Shown piece by piece: positions 21,001-30,100 of a DNA stretch of 64,000 nucleotides. The notes under the pieces were generated by a model. The model searched no databases. It had not been told where the DNA came from and saw only the letters and a list, made by a program, of their open reading frames with translations. A program made the translations under genes and the position numbers. The DNA is from Meyerozyma guilliermondii (Eukaryota): NCBI GenBank assembly GCA_051546255.1, contig CP128817.1, positions 1,116,001 through 1,180,000 on the forward strand. The letters run 5' to 3'. Within the stretch, counting starts at the first letter, position 1. Each line of letters opens with the position of its first letter.

Positions 21001-21974
21001 TTGTTGCCGTTTAGTGATGCTGAAGAGTTATATTTTTTGCCAGACAACGACGACAACTTTGAAAGTGAAGTGAACGACCTCGACTTGGAAGTTAGCGAGA
21101 AACTGTGGCCCGAGCTTGAGGATCCCGAGCTGCTGGAGGACGGTTTGTGCGACTGAGACATATGGTTATAGCCCTGTTTCTGCTGCATGGCAAGTTGACC
21201 CTGCGACTGCCACTGCTGGGGTCCCGTAGGCATGTTTTTTTGCATCCGTTGGTGTCTCGAAGACTCTGAGGTGAGAGAGCGAGTCCGGTCATTTGCAGAT
21301 ATATGCTGTGCGGTCTGAGGGGAGTGCTGACCGTAGCCATACAGGGGCGTTGACACAATACGCCTTCCACCATCAGCGCTCGCTGGGCCACCTCCTATCG
21401 TGGAAATATTAGATGTTTGGATCGGAGGCATGCCCATGGGCGCTTTACGGTGCGATCTTCTGGACTGTGGGAGAAAATTAGGAACAGAAGAAGGAGCGGA
21501 AGGCGGCGACGTGAGTTCCAGCAACTCGTCGATGTCAGATCCCACCGGATATGGCAATGGTCTCTGGTTAACCTGGGGTGATTCTTGGATGGGATATGGC
21601 TGAGCACGAGCGTCGTGGAACTGGGATTCCTGGTGCCGTGCGCCAGAATACGGCTGAGGTTGACCGGTGAATTGAGGGCGTTGGTTTTGCTCTACTGGTT
21701 GATTGTATGGGGCACCGGAGTTGGCGAAATGCTGGCCCTGGTGAGAAGGCTGAGGAGGAGGCGGAGCACCATATTGGGGCTGCTGTTTCTGCGGATCTGC
21801 GTACGCCCGTTGGTGGAAAGGATGGCGGCCTGGGGGAGCATTAGGCTGCTGAGCAGAACGGTCGGGACTGCCTTCGAATGACCGCTGGAATCCGTCCGCT
21901 TGCGGTAACAAATGTTCGGGTAATCTCACGGTATTTTGGTATTGGCTATGTTGCCGGGGCGGAAAATCGGCCAT
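18039..21974 (-). CDS. ROM2: Rho1 guanine-nucleotide exchange factor (DEP, DH, PH, CNH domains)
   Basis: RNLALLLGRSLDAQK (DEP), RQELIYEFIYTERDYVKDL and VQRPARYQLLL (DH), C-terminal CNH; first ATG at 21974. Confidence 0.95.
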   Translation of the reverse strand: MADFPPRQHSQYQNTVRLPEHLLPQADGFQRSFEGSPDRSAQQPNAPPGRHPFHQRAYADPQKQQPQYGAPPPPQPSHQGQHFANSGAPYNQPVEQNQRPQFTGQPQPYSGARHQESQFHDARAQPYPIQESPQVNQRPLPYPVGSDIDELLELTSPPSAPSSVPNFLPQSRRSHRKAPMGMPPIQTSNISTIGGGPASADGGRRIVSTPLYGYGQHSPQTAQHISANDRTRSLTSESSRHQRMQKNMPTGPQQWQSQGQLAMQQKQGYNHMSQSHKPSSSSSGSSSSGHSFSLTSKSRSFTSLSKLSSLSGKKYNSSASLNGNKTLDRNASSTTLNSQRTVSMPGPPKQVVYPAFLSRVAKVFKDSIILTINTKDGLEYHDSFTGKMAVDILCKIIRTNDRNLALLLGRSLDAQKFFRDVTYNHRLRDSVHEVYAFNHIYTGVDLYPDYNSNNNSKHGSFAEKNHLQPLTSHQQLIQQNVLQQQLPSHTSNGVVPLPSTPPAMIPADANSASYMNESTTAATGVNGVFTILTDCYSPTCTRNKLCYSIACPRRLEQQARLHMKPQGGLARAVSRLSLHDHEEQKTLWHETVPQSVLDGLDKHEKMRQELIYEFIYTERDYVKDLEFMTDFYIMPLRNPTNNIIPERERDAFIMTVFGMIGELLKLAKSISEALTRRQQQQKPVIETFADVFIEYIPHFDPFIKYSGNKVFASFEHERQQQVNLKYARFLEAIEKKPESRKQDLSSFLMKGVQRPARYQLLLKGILDNTKETSPDYKYLQKAKEEVEKVLVKMNVQTGESTDRHKIMVLHRLLGKQTLEERFNFKLSYSRRIIYQVTLSRKRDNEKIDLYLFENALLLVKHKIQNKREQHKVYEKPIYLPLLFVNSGYEAPTPRTILPHRLDGSIVSDTGLKAAKVENNFINSSSNSNIKFQINFLGLGKNQVHASLFADDITNQTQVLLQIQQQQRKLIEQHDIFSLTKFETRRFHGNNRINCAVPCYGGKKMLYGTDSGIWVATVRSINATSNEKICSEPTMVIKKLYVTQIEVLVEFSRLLVVSDKVLYEFDLACTDSLDCEKNTKSGKWILDHVSFFKTGICNGKLLVASAKTGNTNGISIFEPSNPFNARNRNRNRNYDIRDISFTSEPVSISFLKTKLCVGCTKGFEVISLEEGKKEPILDEADPSLDFATQREMVTPLAIHRLNKEFLLSYSEFCFKVLQNGWRTNHEWGIFWEGNPQHIVMFYPYLLAFEPGFIEVRDLETTHLIRALVGENIRFLHSNEHEALYACEENGYDIIVSIDFLNLKPRKKVEKAK

Positions 21975-22852
21975 GGTCAGTATGTATTTACTGGATGGGG
22001 TCAAGGCGAGTTGATAAATCCAGGATGGTTATTTTTGGAGATCAAAGTTTTTTTAGGTGGGACGTTCGGATTTTGGGAGTTATGACTTTTCAGAAGTGCA
22101 ATTTGCTGAATGGTGAGCGATAACAATAGCGGAACGACTGGTGAGCTAAATACGACAATTCTGTCGATTTGTTCTTGGAGACGGAGGTCAAAGTTTTGTT
22201 CGAAATCGCCTCAAAATAGTCGTCGTGGTATGTCTGAATTACCTTAAGAATAAGACAAAAGAGCCAAGTGATCTGATCTTCAACACCGCAGGAGCAGATA
22301 CGTGGAACTTAAACGCTATAATCCCCCCAAATTTATTCTAGCTTCCACCTATGCTAGACAATAAGTGGGTGAACTTGCTTGATGAAATTTTGGTGCGGCC
22401 GCGACATTCCTGTATCGCAACAGCCCCGAGCACAGGTGACAGGTAGTGTGAGTGGTGGGGCGGAGGTTGGAAAAAAATCAAAGAGAGGTAGTACGAGATT
22501 CATGGAAGATTTGGCACACTGAATCTTGGCGATTTTGATTAATATCGTTTAATTAATGTTGCTGCAAATTGTACTTCTTAAATATTAGCAAGCATCAAAA
22601 TTACCCTTGCACTGTATACCAAATTTTTAGTGCAATAGAATATGAATGGTGAAAGGCACTAATTCGTTTTATTGTAAACTAGAAATGGAAGTATCGACTC
22701 TTCTCATCAATTCATATTCAAGCTGCCTTCGCACTAAAAATAGAAATTCAGAAATACGAGCACAATTCTAATATAGCAATTACTCGCCGTGATAAATTCG
22801 ATGTGTCTCGTTTCGGCTTTACGAATCATTTCAAGTCAGAATTCCCTAACAA

Positions 22853-23006
22853 ATGATGATTAACAAACACTTCTCGGCTTTCGGGCTTTGAGCTTGGTTA
22901 GCTTAGTAATATTCATTAACAGTAAAGTAGTCTCCTAAGGAGTTGGCCCCTTTCCAAACGTCACGCTTTTGTCACAGAACGTCTCCAAGCTCAATTTGAA
23001 ATCTGA
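22853..23006 (+). ncRNA. Candidate structured ncRNA (box C/D snoRNA-like)
   Basis: Box C ATGATGA 22853-22859, box D CTGA 23003-23006, perfect 10-bp stem TTGAGCTTGG (22888-22897)/CCAAGCTCAA (22985-22994) enclosing small hairpins. Family not recognised; strand uncertain. Confidence 0.35.
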
Positions 23007-23110
23007 GGAACTGCCTTGTCCTTAACCGTAATGTATCCTATCTATTGCAGCCTTTTTCGTGGTGTATGGATGTCAACCATATAACGAGAATGCGATCCTC
23101 AATCACCATC

Positions 23111-23641
23111 ATGCCTCCATATCATTCGACATTTTTGACGGAATCGGGCCCTGATGCTCGTTTGGTAGGTAACTTGGTACTACTTCCATTGCACACGAGT
23201 TTCCGTGGACCTTCATATCCCCCACAACAAGATTATGACATCATTGAGGAAACGTTGGATTTGTTCAGAGCCAATTCTTTCTTCAAAAACTTTGAAATTA
23301 AGGGTCCAGCAGACAGATTGTTAATCTACGGCATCTTATTTGTCAGCGACTGTTTGTCCAAGTTGAATAAACTGGTCAATTTGAGAGAAGCTACACGAAT
23401 TCTCAACAATTTGGCTCTCGATAACTTTGCCCTTCCGGGCGATATAGGGTTCCCATTGAACTCCATGTACCAAGCTCCAACCAACAAGAACGATGCAGAG
23501 TTACTCCGGTCGTATTTGCTGCAATTTAGACAAGAGTTGGCCGATAGATTGTTGAAGAGAGTGTACCTGGCCAACGATCAAGTTCCCGATAAGTTTTGGC
23601 TAGCATTCACGAGAAGAAGATTTATGAACAAAAGCTTGTAG
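23111..23641 (+). CDS. ARC18: Arp2/3 complex p21 subunit
   Basis: MPPYHSTF...FRGP...DIIEETLDLFRANSFFKNFEIKGPADRLLIYG...KFWLAFTRRRFMNKSL; true ATG at 23111. Confidence 0.97.
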   Translation: MPPYHSTFLTESGPDARLVGNLVLLPLHTSFRGPSYPPQQDYDIIEETLDLFRANSFFKNFEIKGPADRLLIYGILFVSDCLSKLNKLVNLREATRILNNLALDNFALPGDIGFPLNSMYQAPTNKNDAELLRSYLLQFRQELADRLLKRVYLANDQVPDKFWLAFTRRRFMNKSL

Positions 23642-23656
23642 CGGCTATATATTTGA

Positions 23657-24337
23657 CTATACAAATGGTATCAATGTCCCCACCTTGTTGGAGTAGTCGA
23701 TGTATTCTTGGCCAAAGAGTCTGTTGACCAAAAACCACTCTTCGAATGCTACTCGGGTACGAAAGAACCACGTTATTATAACTGTAGTTAAAACCAACGA
23801 TAACGGTATGGAAAGACATAATTGCAAACCTATTGCCCAAAGATAGAATCCCAAATAACTAGGATGTCGACACCAACCGTATATATCGTGGGTAACAAGA
23901 TTATGTGTTTGTCTGGAAGTGGTTTGAATATAGTGGGAGAACCCATTTCCACACACTTTCATAGCTCGGTGTCGAATATAAAGACCAATTGTTGCCATAA
24001 CCATTCCTATAAAAATGGTATGTTTCATATAGGGCCAAATATGCCATCGACTTTTGATGAAAAAGTATTCCCAGATACTTAACAATTGCATGAGAAGGTA
24101 CTCCTTGCTTCCAACATTACCATACAACAAAAACAGGGATTCTGTAACCGTTTCTCGCTGATAAGTATAAGTATTGATGAATTCAAGTAAATGATAGGCA
24201 GCTATAAAAAGCAAGTACAACCCCAACCGACTATATTCTGTGGTTACCAAGATCAAACCGGTCCCAGCTACGCTTCCAAGAACCATTGAGGTCATGGCTA
24301 TAATATGAAGCTGATTTTTATCTACATTGTAAGACAT
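23657..24337 (-). CDS. Isoprenylcysteine carboxyl methyltransferase (ICMT) family paralog
   Basis: YHLLEF, FSHYI...HNLVTHDIYGWCRHPSYLGF, FFRTRVAFEE..L..LFGQEYIDY...VGTLIPFV. Confidence 0.85.
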   Translation of the reverse strand: MSYNVDKNQLHIIAMTSMVLGSVAGTGLILVTTEYSRLGLYLLFIAAYHLLEFINTYTYQRETVTESLFLLYGNVGSKEYLLMQLLSIWEYFFIKSRWHIWPYMKHTIFIGMVMATIGLYIRHRAMKVCGNGFSHYIQTTSRQTHNLVTHDIYGWCRHPSYLGFYLWAIGLQLCLSIPLSLVLTTVIITWFFRTRVAFEEWFLVNRLFGQEYIDYSNKVGTLIPFV

Positions 24338-24386
24338 TACAAAGACAAATGAAATTTATCAGTGCGCAGTGAAATTTCACCAACTG

Positions 24387-25085
24387 ATGCCTGGAACCAA
24401 GTATAACAAATATGATCCTGAAAAGGTAGATTTGGCTACAGTGGCACTCAAGGCGTTTGGTATAGGTGTGGTTTTGCTGGTTTGCTTGGGTATGTTGATT
24501 TTGCATGTTTCAAATACTCATCAATATGGAGTGACTATCATTCGAATAAGCTGTTATTTGGCGATAATTTCCACGTTCCACATGTTGGAATTTTTGTCCA
24601 CTTGTCTATTCAATAATTCTCAGGTGGACGATGACTCGTTTATCTTGAATGATACCGAATTGCATTTCGTTTTATTGGGGTCTTTAATCGAGGTGATTTT
24701 CGAGCCGTTCATCTTTGACTGGTCGTCTAATTTGGGATTAATTATTGCACTTATGGGCCAAGTTTGTCGAACTGGAGCCATGTATACTGCCCGGGAATCG
24801 TTCAATCATTATATTCAAAGAGAAAAAGACGATACTCATGTTCTCATCAAACATGGAATCTACAAGTATATTCGACATCCCAGCTATTTTGGATTTTTCT
24901 GGTGGTTTATAGGCACCCAGCTTTACTTGGGTAATACCGTCATCTTGTTGGGCGGAAGCTTCAAATTGTGGAAATTTTTCAAGGCGAGAATCGATTATGA
25001 AGAACTGCTTTTGATCAAGTTTTTCAAGAACGATTATGTTCAATATCGAGCGGCCACTCCTGTGGGTATACCGTTCATACGCTAA
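24387..25085 (+). CDS. STE14: Isoprenylcysteine carboxyl methyltransferase
   Basis: FHMLEF, FNHYI...HVLIKHGIYKYIRHPSYFGFFWW.IGTQL.L.N, FFKARIDYEE..LIKFF..DY..Y....PVGIPFI; first ATG at 24387. Confidence 0.88.
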   Translation: MPGTKYNKYDPEKVDLATVALKAFGIGVVLLVCLGMLILHVSNTHQYGVTIIRISCYLAIISTFHMLEFLSTCLFNNSQVDDDSFILNDTELHFVLLGSLIEVIFEPFIFDWSSNLGLIIALMGQVCRTGAMYTARESFNHYIQREKDDTHVLIKHGIYKYIRHPSYFGFFWWFIGTQLYLGNTVILLGGSFKLWKFFKARIDYEELLLIKFFKNDYVQYRAATPVGIPFIR

Positions 25086-25127
25086 ACTCATGACTTATCT
25101 ATTTATAATCTATTCTAAGCTCTAATT

Positions 25128-26381
25128 CTAAGCTTTGTTGCCAGTGCCAACACCCTTGTTGTTGACATTTCTATACATCATCACTCCGTTGTCCCCGTCA
25201 ACGTATTGACACCATCTACCAGACTTCCACAACGAAACCCACATGTTCTCATCACTGTGTTGGTAGTGAGATCCCATCACCTTCTTGATGGCTTCACTAG
25301 CCTCACGAGCGTTGTAGAAAGGAATTCTAGAAACGTAGTGGTGCAAGACGTGAGTCTCGATGATGTCGTGGAAAATGTACTTTCCGACAAACCCAAACTC
25401 ACGGTCCATGGTAGCAGCGGCACCACGAGCGAAATTCCATTGCTCAGGGGTGTAGTGGGGCATTCTTGGGTCGGAATGTTGGAGAAAGGTGATGAACACC
25501 AACCAGTGGTTAACAAGCACATAAGGAAGAGCCCAGTTAACCAACAAGTTGAAACCTCCAAATTTCTTGTACCAAGTGTACACTACGATCAGTTGGGTCA
25601 AGATACCAATGTCAGACATCACAACGTACCAATACTCTCTAGATTCAAAAATAGGAGAGGCGGGGTTAAAGTGGTTATTTTGATACCATTTCTTTCCTTC
25701 ATATTTTTGTCCAGAAACGTTGGTGAACAAGTAAGCGATCCATCCACCAAATTGTTGAAGAATGAGCTGGTACAAGGTATAAATGGGAGAGTCACCCACA
25801 ATGTCATCGATGTCGTGGTCATGATCTCTAGACTCCAAGAATTCTTCCTTGGTCTTTGGAATGAATACGGTATCTCTTTTCAAGTTACCCGTGGCCTTGT
25901 GGTGTTTGGAATGAGAAAATTTCCAGCTAAAGTAAGGAACCATGAGATAACTGTGCAATACCCATCCCACAGTGTCATTTACCAACTTGTAGTCGCTGAA
26001 AGCCAGGTGGCCACATTCGTGTGCTAAAACCCACAACCCAGTATGGAGCAATCCTTGAACCCACACGTAACCACCCCAAGCTGCAAATCTCATCCATGGA
26101 GCTGGAAGCAATTGAATGTAGTTATTGGCGACGTACATGAACACCCCGATCCAAAAGATGTCTCTGAAAACATAGTACATCGACTCGATCACTCTACGCT
26201 CGTAACAATGAGCAGGAATCGCCTTTAAGATATCCTTGATCGAGTAATCAGGCGCTACAAACTCGTCACCATAGGTGTCAATCGCCTTAACATTGGAGGA
26301 TAAGGTGGCCACGTTACCATTTCTATTGATGGTAGTTCCATACCCGCTGGACGTAGCAGTAGAAGTTGCAGAGTTTATCAT
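25128..26381 (-). CDS. FAD2: Delta-12 (omega-6) fatty acid desaturase
   Basis: Three His boxes HECGH, HSKHH, HVLHH; ILKAIPAHCYER. Confidence 0.9.
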   Translation of the reverse strand: MINSATSTATSSGYGTTINRNGNVATLSSNVKAIDTYGDEFVAPDYSIKDILKAIPAHCYERRVIESMYYVFRDIFWIGVFMYVANNYIQLLPAPWMRFAAWGGYVWVQGLLHTGLWVLAHECGHLAFSDYKLVNDTVGWVLHSYLMVPYFSWKFSHSKHHKATGNLKRDTVFIPKTKEEFLESRDHDHDIDDIVGDSPIYTLYQLILQQFGGWIAYLFTNVSGQKYEGKKWYQNNHFNPASPIFESREYWYVVMSDIGILTQLIVVYTWYKKFGGFNLLVNWALPYVLVNHWLVFITFLQHSDPRMPHYTPEQWNFARGAAATMDREFGFVGKYIFHDIIETHVLHHYVSRIPFYNAREASEAIKKVMGSHYQHSDENMWVSLWKSGRWCQYVDGDNGVMMYRNVNNKGVGTGNKA

Positions 26382-27230
26382 GGTGAAAAAACCGTGAAAA
26401 TGACAATGCAGAACAACGGTTTATGTAGGCAAAGAAAAAGAAAAAAATTTGTGGAACAATCTCACCCAATCCGGGAAGAGGTTGTGGTCGGCACCCGTGC
26501 ACCCTACCCAATTTTTTGAGCAATTGCGCAAAATGCGCGACATGGAGCATGAGATCAAACTGATAATGCCATTGGGGAGGACAAATTGGTGCTGGAAATG
26601 CTAGACTCGACGATTAGGGTTTTGGGATGAATGACGATATTCCATCATAAATTGGGGCAACCTTATCGCTTGAGAGGCTGTGAGTAATCAGAAGTTATTG
26701 TTCCTCATGCTTCGTCTTGGCATTCCATCTGCAGGCATGGTAATTGACGTGCACGTGAGGATCCGATACCCAAATCAGGAACGAGATCGGATCCGAAGCA
26801 AGAAGACGCGGATAGTATTGCTGAGTAAATTTAAGTCTATTTTGAGACTTTTGTATGATATATAAAACAGTATCGATTCTCGTGTACATCTTTTGCCATC
26901 CATTTCTTTTTTCTTTTATTTTCAATTTTCACATTTTGCTGATTTTGCCAATTTTGCAATTGGTCTATGAAAAATATGTCAAAAAAGGAAATTTTGAACA
27001 ATAGCTTTTTCCCCCTACGAAAGTACTCTAAACTCAAGCCAGGCTACTCGCTTCTTCCCTCTCCCTTCACGTTCCTTTCTTTCTACTTCTCTCTCCTCTT
27101 TAATTCATCTCTTCTGCCCCGCCCAATCCACCCAACACCAGCGGAACTACCCCGCGGGTCCGGTATCGGCCGGGGTTTCAAAAAAATTCCAAGCGGCTAT
27201 ATATTTACCTTCTTCACCGAAAAATCACCA

Positions 27231-28151
27231 ATGGCTACTATTTCCCCCGATACCGAGATCAAAAAGAAGCCTGTCAACTTCTCCAACATCCTCTTGGGTG
27301 CTGGGTTGAATATGGCTGAAGCAACTACTTTGGGTCAACCTTTGGAAGTGGTCAAGACAACCATGGCCGCCAACCGAAATTTATCCATTGTTCAAGCCAC
27401 CAAGTTGGTGATGTCCAGAGGTGGACTCTTGGGTTTCTACCAGGGATTGATTCCTTGGGCATGGATCGAAGCTTCTACAAAGGGTGCAGTGTTGTTATTC
27501 GTGTCAGCTGAAGCAGAATATCACTACAAGAAACTTGGTGCTTCCAACTTTATTTCAGGAATGGGAGGTGGTGTCACCGGAGGTTTGGCTCAAGCGTACC
27601 TCACAATGGGATTTTGTACTTGTATGAAAACTGTGGAAATCACCAGAAGCAAACAGGCTGCTGTTAGCGGGGTTCCGCAACAGACTGCCTTCCAAGTATT
27701 CAAGGAAATTTGGAGAAAAGAAGGTATCAGAGGTATTAACAAGGGTGTCAATGCCGTGGCTATTCGTCAGATGACAAATTGGGGATCTCGGTTTGGTCTT
27801 TCCAGATTGGCAGAAGAGGCTATACGTTCATTGACCGGTAAAGGAGAAACGGAAAAGATGAGTGCGGTGGAGAAAATTGGTGCTTCTGTGATTGGTGGTG
27901 GTTTGTCTGCTTGGAACCAGCCAATTGAAGTGATCAGAGTCGAAATGCAATCGAAAACCACCGATCCTAACCGTCCCAAGAACTTGGGAGTTGCGTCTGC
28001 CTTTTCCTACATCTACAAGAACAATGGCTTAAAGGGCTTATACAGAGGTGTTACCCCAAGAGTAGCTCTTGGGGTGTGGCAGACCGTGTTTATGGTTGCG
28101 TTTGGTGACATTTTCAAACGGTGGTTGAACGCTGAGGGTGCTGGCCATTAA
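27231..28151 (+). CDS. YHM2: Mitochondrial citrate/oxoglutarate carrier
   Basis: KKPVNFSNILLGAGLN..E.TTLGQPLEVVKTTMAANR, AIRQMTNWGSRFG; ATG at 27231 follows a TATA, so the upstream ORF extension is probably non-coding. Confidence 0.93.
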   Translation: MATISPDTEIKKKPVNFSNILLGAGLNMAEATTLGQPLEVVKTTMAANRNLSIVQATKLVMSRGGLLGFYQGLIPWAWIEASTKGAVLLFVSAEAEYHYKKLGASNFISGMGGGVTGGLAQAYLTMGFCTCMKTVEITRSKQAAVSGVPQQTAFQVFKEIWRKEGIRGINKGVNAVAIRQMTNWGSRFGLSRLAEEAIRSLTGKGETEKMSAVEKIGASVIGGGLSAWNQPIEVIRVEMQSKTTDPNRPKNLGVASAFSYIYKNNGLKGLYRGVTPRVALGVWQTVFMVAFGDIFKRWLNAEGAGH

Positions 28152-28179
28152 TAGAGTAGTATTTTATTCATTCATTTTG

Positions 28180-29433
28180 CTAACTACTTTTACTGTGAGG
28201 TCGTTTTTCACCGCCCCAAATCTCGTAGCAGTAGAGTCCAACAATGGTAAGACACAACCCGACAATTTGTCGAGGTGAAATAGACTTACTTTCCCACAAG
28301 TAGGCAATCACTATAATAAATATCCGCTTCATTAAACTGGCAATGGTGTAATTGACAGGTGACATGAGTCCAAGAATCTGAAATGCGGTGAAGGTTTGAG
28401 CAAAGTGAGATACTCCATTTAAAACAATTAAAATAGCCACTTTGGTGGTAATGTCAAAGATGGATATACGAGGATTTCTAAATTCCAGGTATGCGTAGAT
28501 TGGAAGAGTCAACACAAATCCAACAAGCGAACAGTAAAGCAAGATCGTCAACTTGTCGACCTTGTCCTTTTTCGTCTTATTCAAGGGCAATGCATCACTG
28601 TTATAAGTTAATCTCGCTTTGGCAAAGATGTTTTGTGAGACAAAAATTAACATTGATACCAGGGCGTAAAAGAGCCCTGATCCATAGTGTGATTGGTTTT
28701 CGGAATGCTTTGGACGATAACATGCGAGAATAACACCTGCCACTAGAGGAAAAAGTGAAATGTAACTGATGGTTTTGTATCTGATACCGAAAAATAGACG
28801 GAAAATTGCAACTGTCACAATAGGTGACAATGCTTTTATTGTGTGAACCAACGAGACAGGGACCAAAGAAGTAGCCTTATGGGACGTCAATTGGCCCGTA
28901 AACTGGAACACACCCATGGGGACAGTGGTGGAAAGAATTAATGGTGTTGGTGACAAAATCTTGAAGATGCTTGCATTTAATGGAGGTATGCAACCGGGCG
29001 GGAAAGCCTTTGCCGCATCGAAAACCATCACAAGTTTGAGAAGAGCCACAGATAGTACAATATTCAATAAAAACTGACACTCAGTCAAGGTGACAGGATG
29101 ACTAAATTGCAGGAGAATCATTTTGGTGGAATTGCTTGAGAAAATGGAAACAATGTACCAAAGAAAACATAAGCCGACCACGCGAGGGTCAAACTCACTC
29201 CAGGCGAATCGAGATCTTATCTGTTGGAACCACGAAGCATTCTTCGTGGAAAATGGAGAAGATTGTTCATGGACAGGAGACGATACTTTCGATAATGGAG
29301 GTGTTAAAGTGAAGGTGCTGGGAAAAGAAAACTGCTGCTGAAACTGTGGTCTCTTAAAATCTTCCTTTTTATCTCCGTTGATTTGCAATAAATTTGTAGA
29401 CGAATAGTTGGGATTAATCGATGCACTATACAT
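28180..29433 (-). CDS. SLY41: Triose-phosphate/nucleotide-sugar transporter family protein
   Basis: LCFLWY..S..S.NSTK.IL..F..PVTLT..QF, VPVSLVHTIKALSP, IFVSQNIFAK, SPVNYTIASLMKRI. Confidence 0.85.
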   Translation of the reverse strand: MYSASINPNYSSTNLLQINGDKKEDFKRPQFQQQFSFPSTFTLTPPLSKVSSPVHEQSSPFSTKNASWFQQIRSRFAWSEFDPRVVGLCFLWYIVSIFSSNSTKMILLQFSHPVTLTECQFLLNIVLSVALLKLVMVFDAAKAFPPGCIPPLNASIFKILSPTPLILSTTVPMGVFQFTGQLTSHKATSLVPVSLVHTIKALSPIVTVAIFRLFFGIRYKTISYISLFPLVAGVILACYRPKHSENQSHYGSGLFYALVSMLIFVSQNIFAKARLTYNSDALPLNKTKKDKVDKLTILLYCSLVGFVLTLPIYAYLEFRNPRISIFDITTKVAILIVLNGVSHFAQTFTAFQILGLMSPVNYTIASLMKRIFIIVIAYLWESKSISPRQIVGLCLTIVGLYCYEIWGGEKRPHSKSS

Positions 29434-30100
29434 GGTGAATGCTGCAAAATATTATGACATACAAAATTGTTAGTGCAAACAATACTGGAACCGGATTAAG
29501 CGAGTGAAAGGTCCAGAAGAAAACACCACCAACGTAAATCAAACAGATATCGCAACACCTCCTAAAAAATATTTTAACTTTCGAGCCACATGTGGTTTCT
29601 GGGTGTGCAGATAACAAAGGTAAAACACGGTGAACTTGGCCGCGCGCAGCCAAAGGAAACAGAGGTTAAACGCGAAGGTCGAACGGACCAAAAGCAAGCA
29701 GAAAAAGGAAGACCTACCTATACACTGCAATTTACACATAACAATTCTTTGAAAGCTGCAACTCTTATTATAGTTACAATTACGGGTTGTTCCCGATTAC
29801 ATAATCACAACCAACATCTTACTTCACCAAGTATCGTTTATCGTCGGGAGAAGAATACACGACACAACACATATTGTACCACAACCATCAATTCCGTTGT
29901 CGATACCTGCAATTATACACATAACGCTGCTGGGAACTACAACTATACTTCCTGGTGACTGTGGAATCCCATTTCCTTTATAAAAGTCGATTCGAGTTAA
30001 CGTTTTAGCCGTCTTTAGATCGCCATTGTTTCACCAAATTCTATTTGTTGGCTTAAACTAGTACTTTCATTCAAGTGCGTGTCAGCATCAACATCCCACA

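Noticed and set aside
25206..26027. 273-aa antisense ORF over FAD2
   Set aside because: Antisense shadow of a codon-biased gene; no ATG start and no recognisable motifs.
26967..27230. N-terminal extension of the YHM2 ORF
   Set aside because: Reads through a polypyrimidine promoter and TATA; family similarity starts at ATG 27231.
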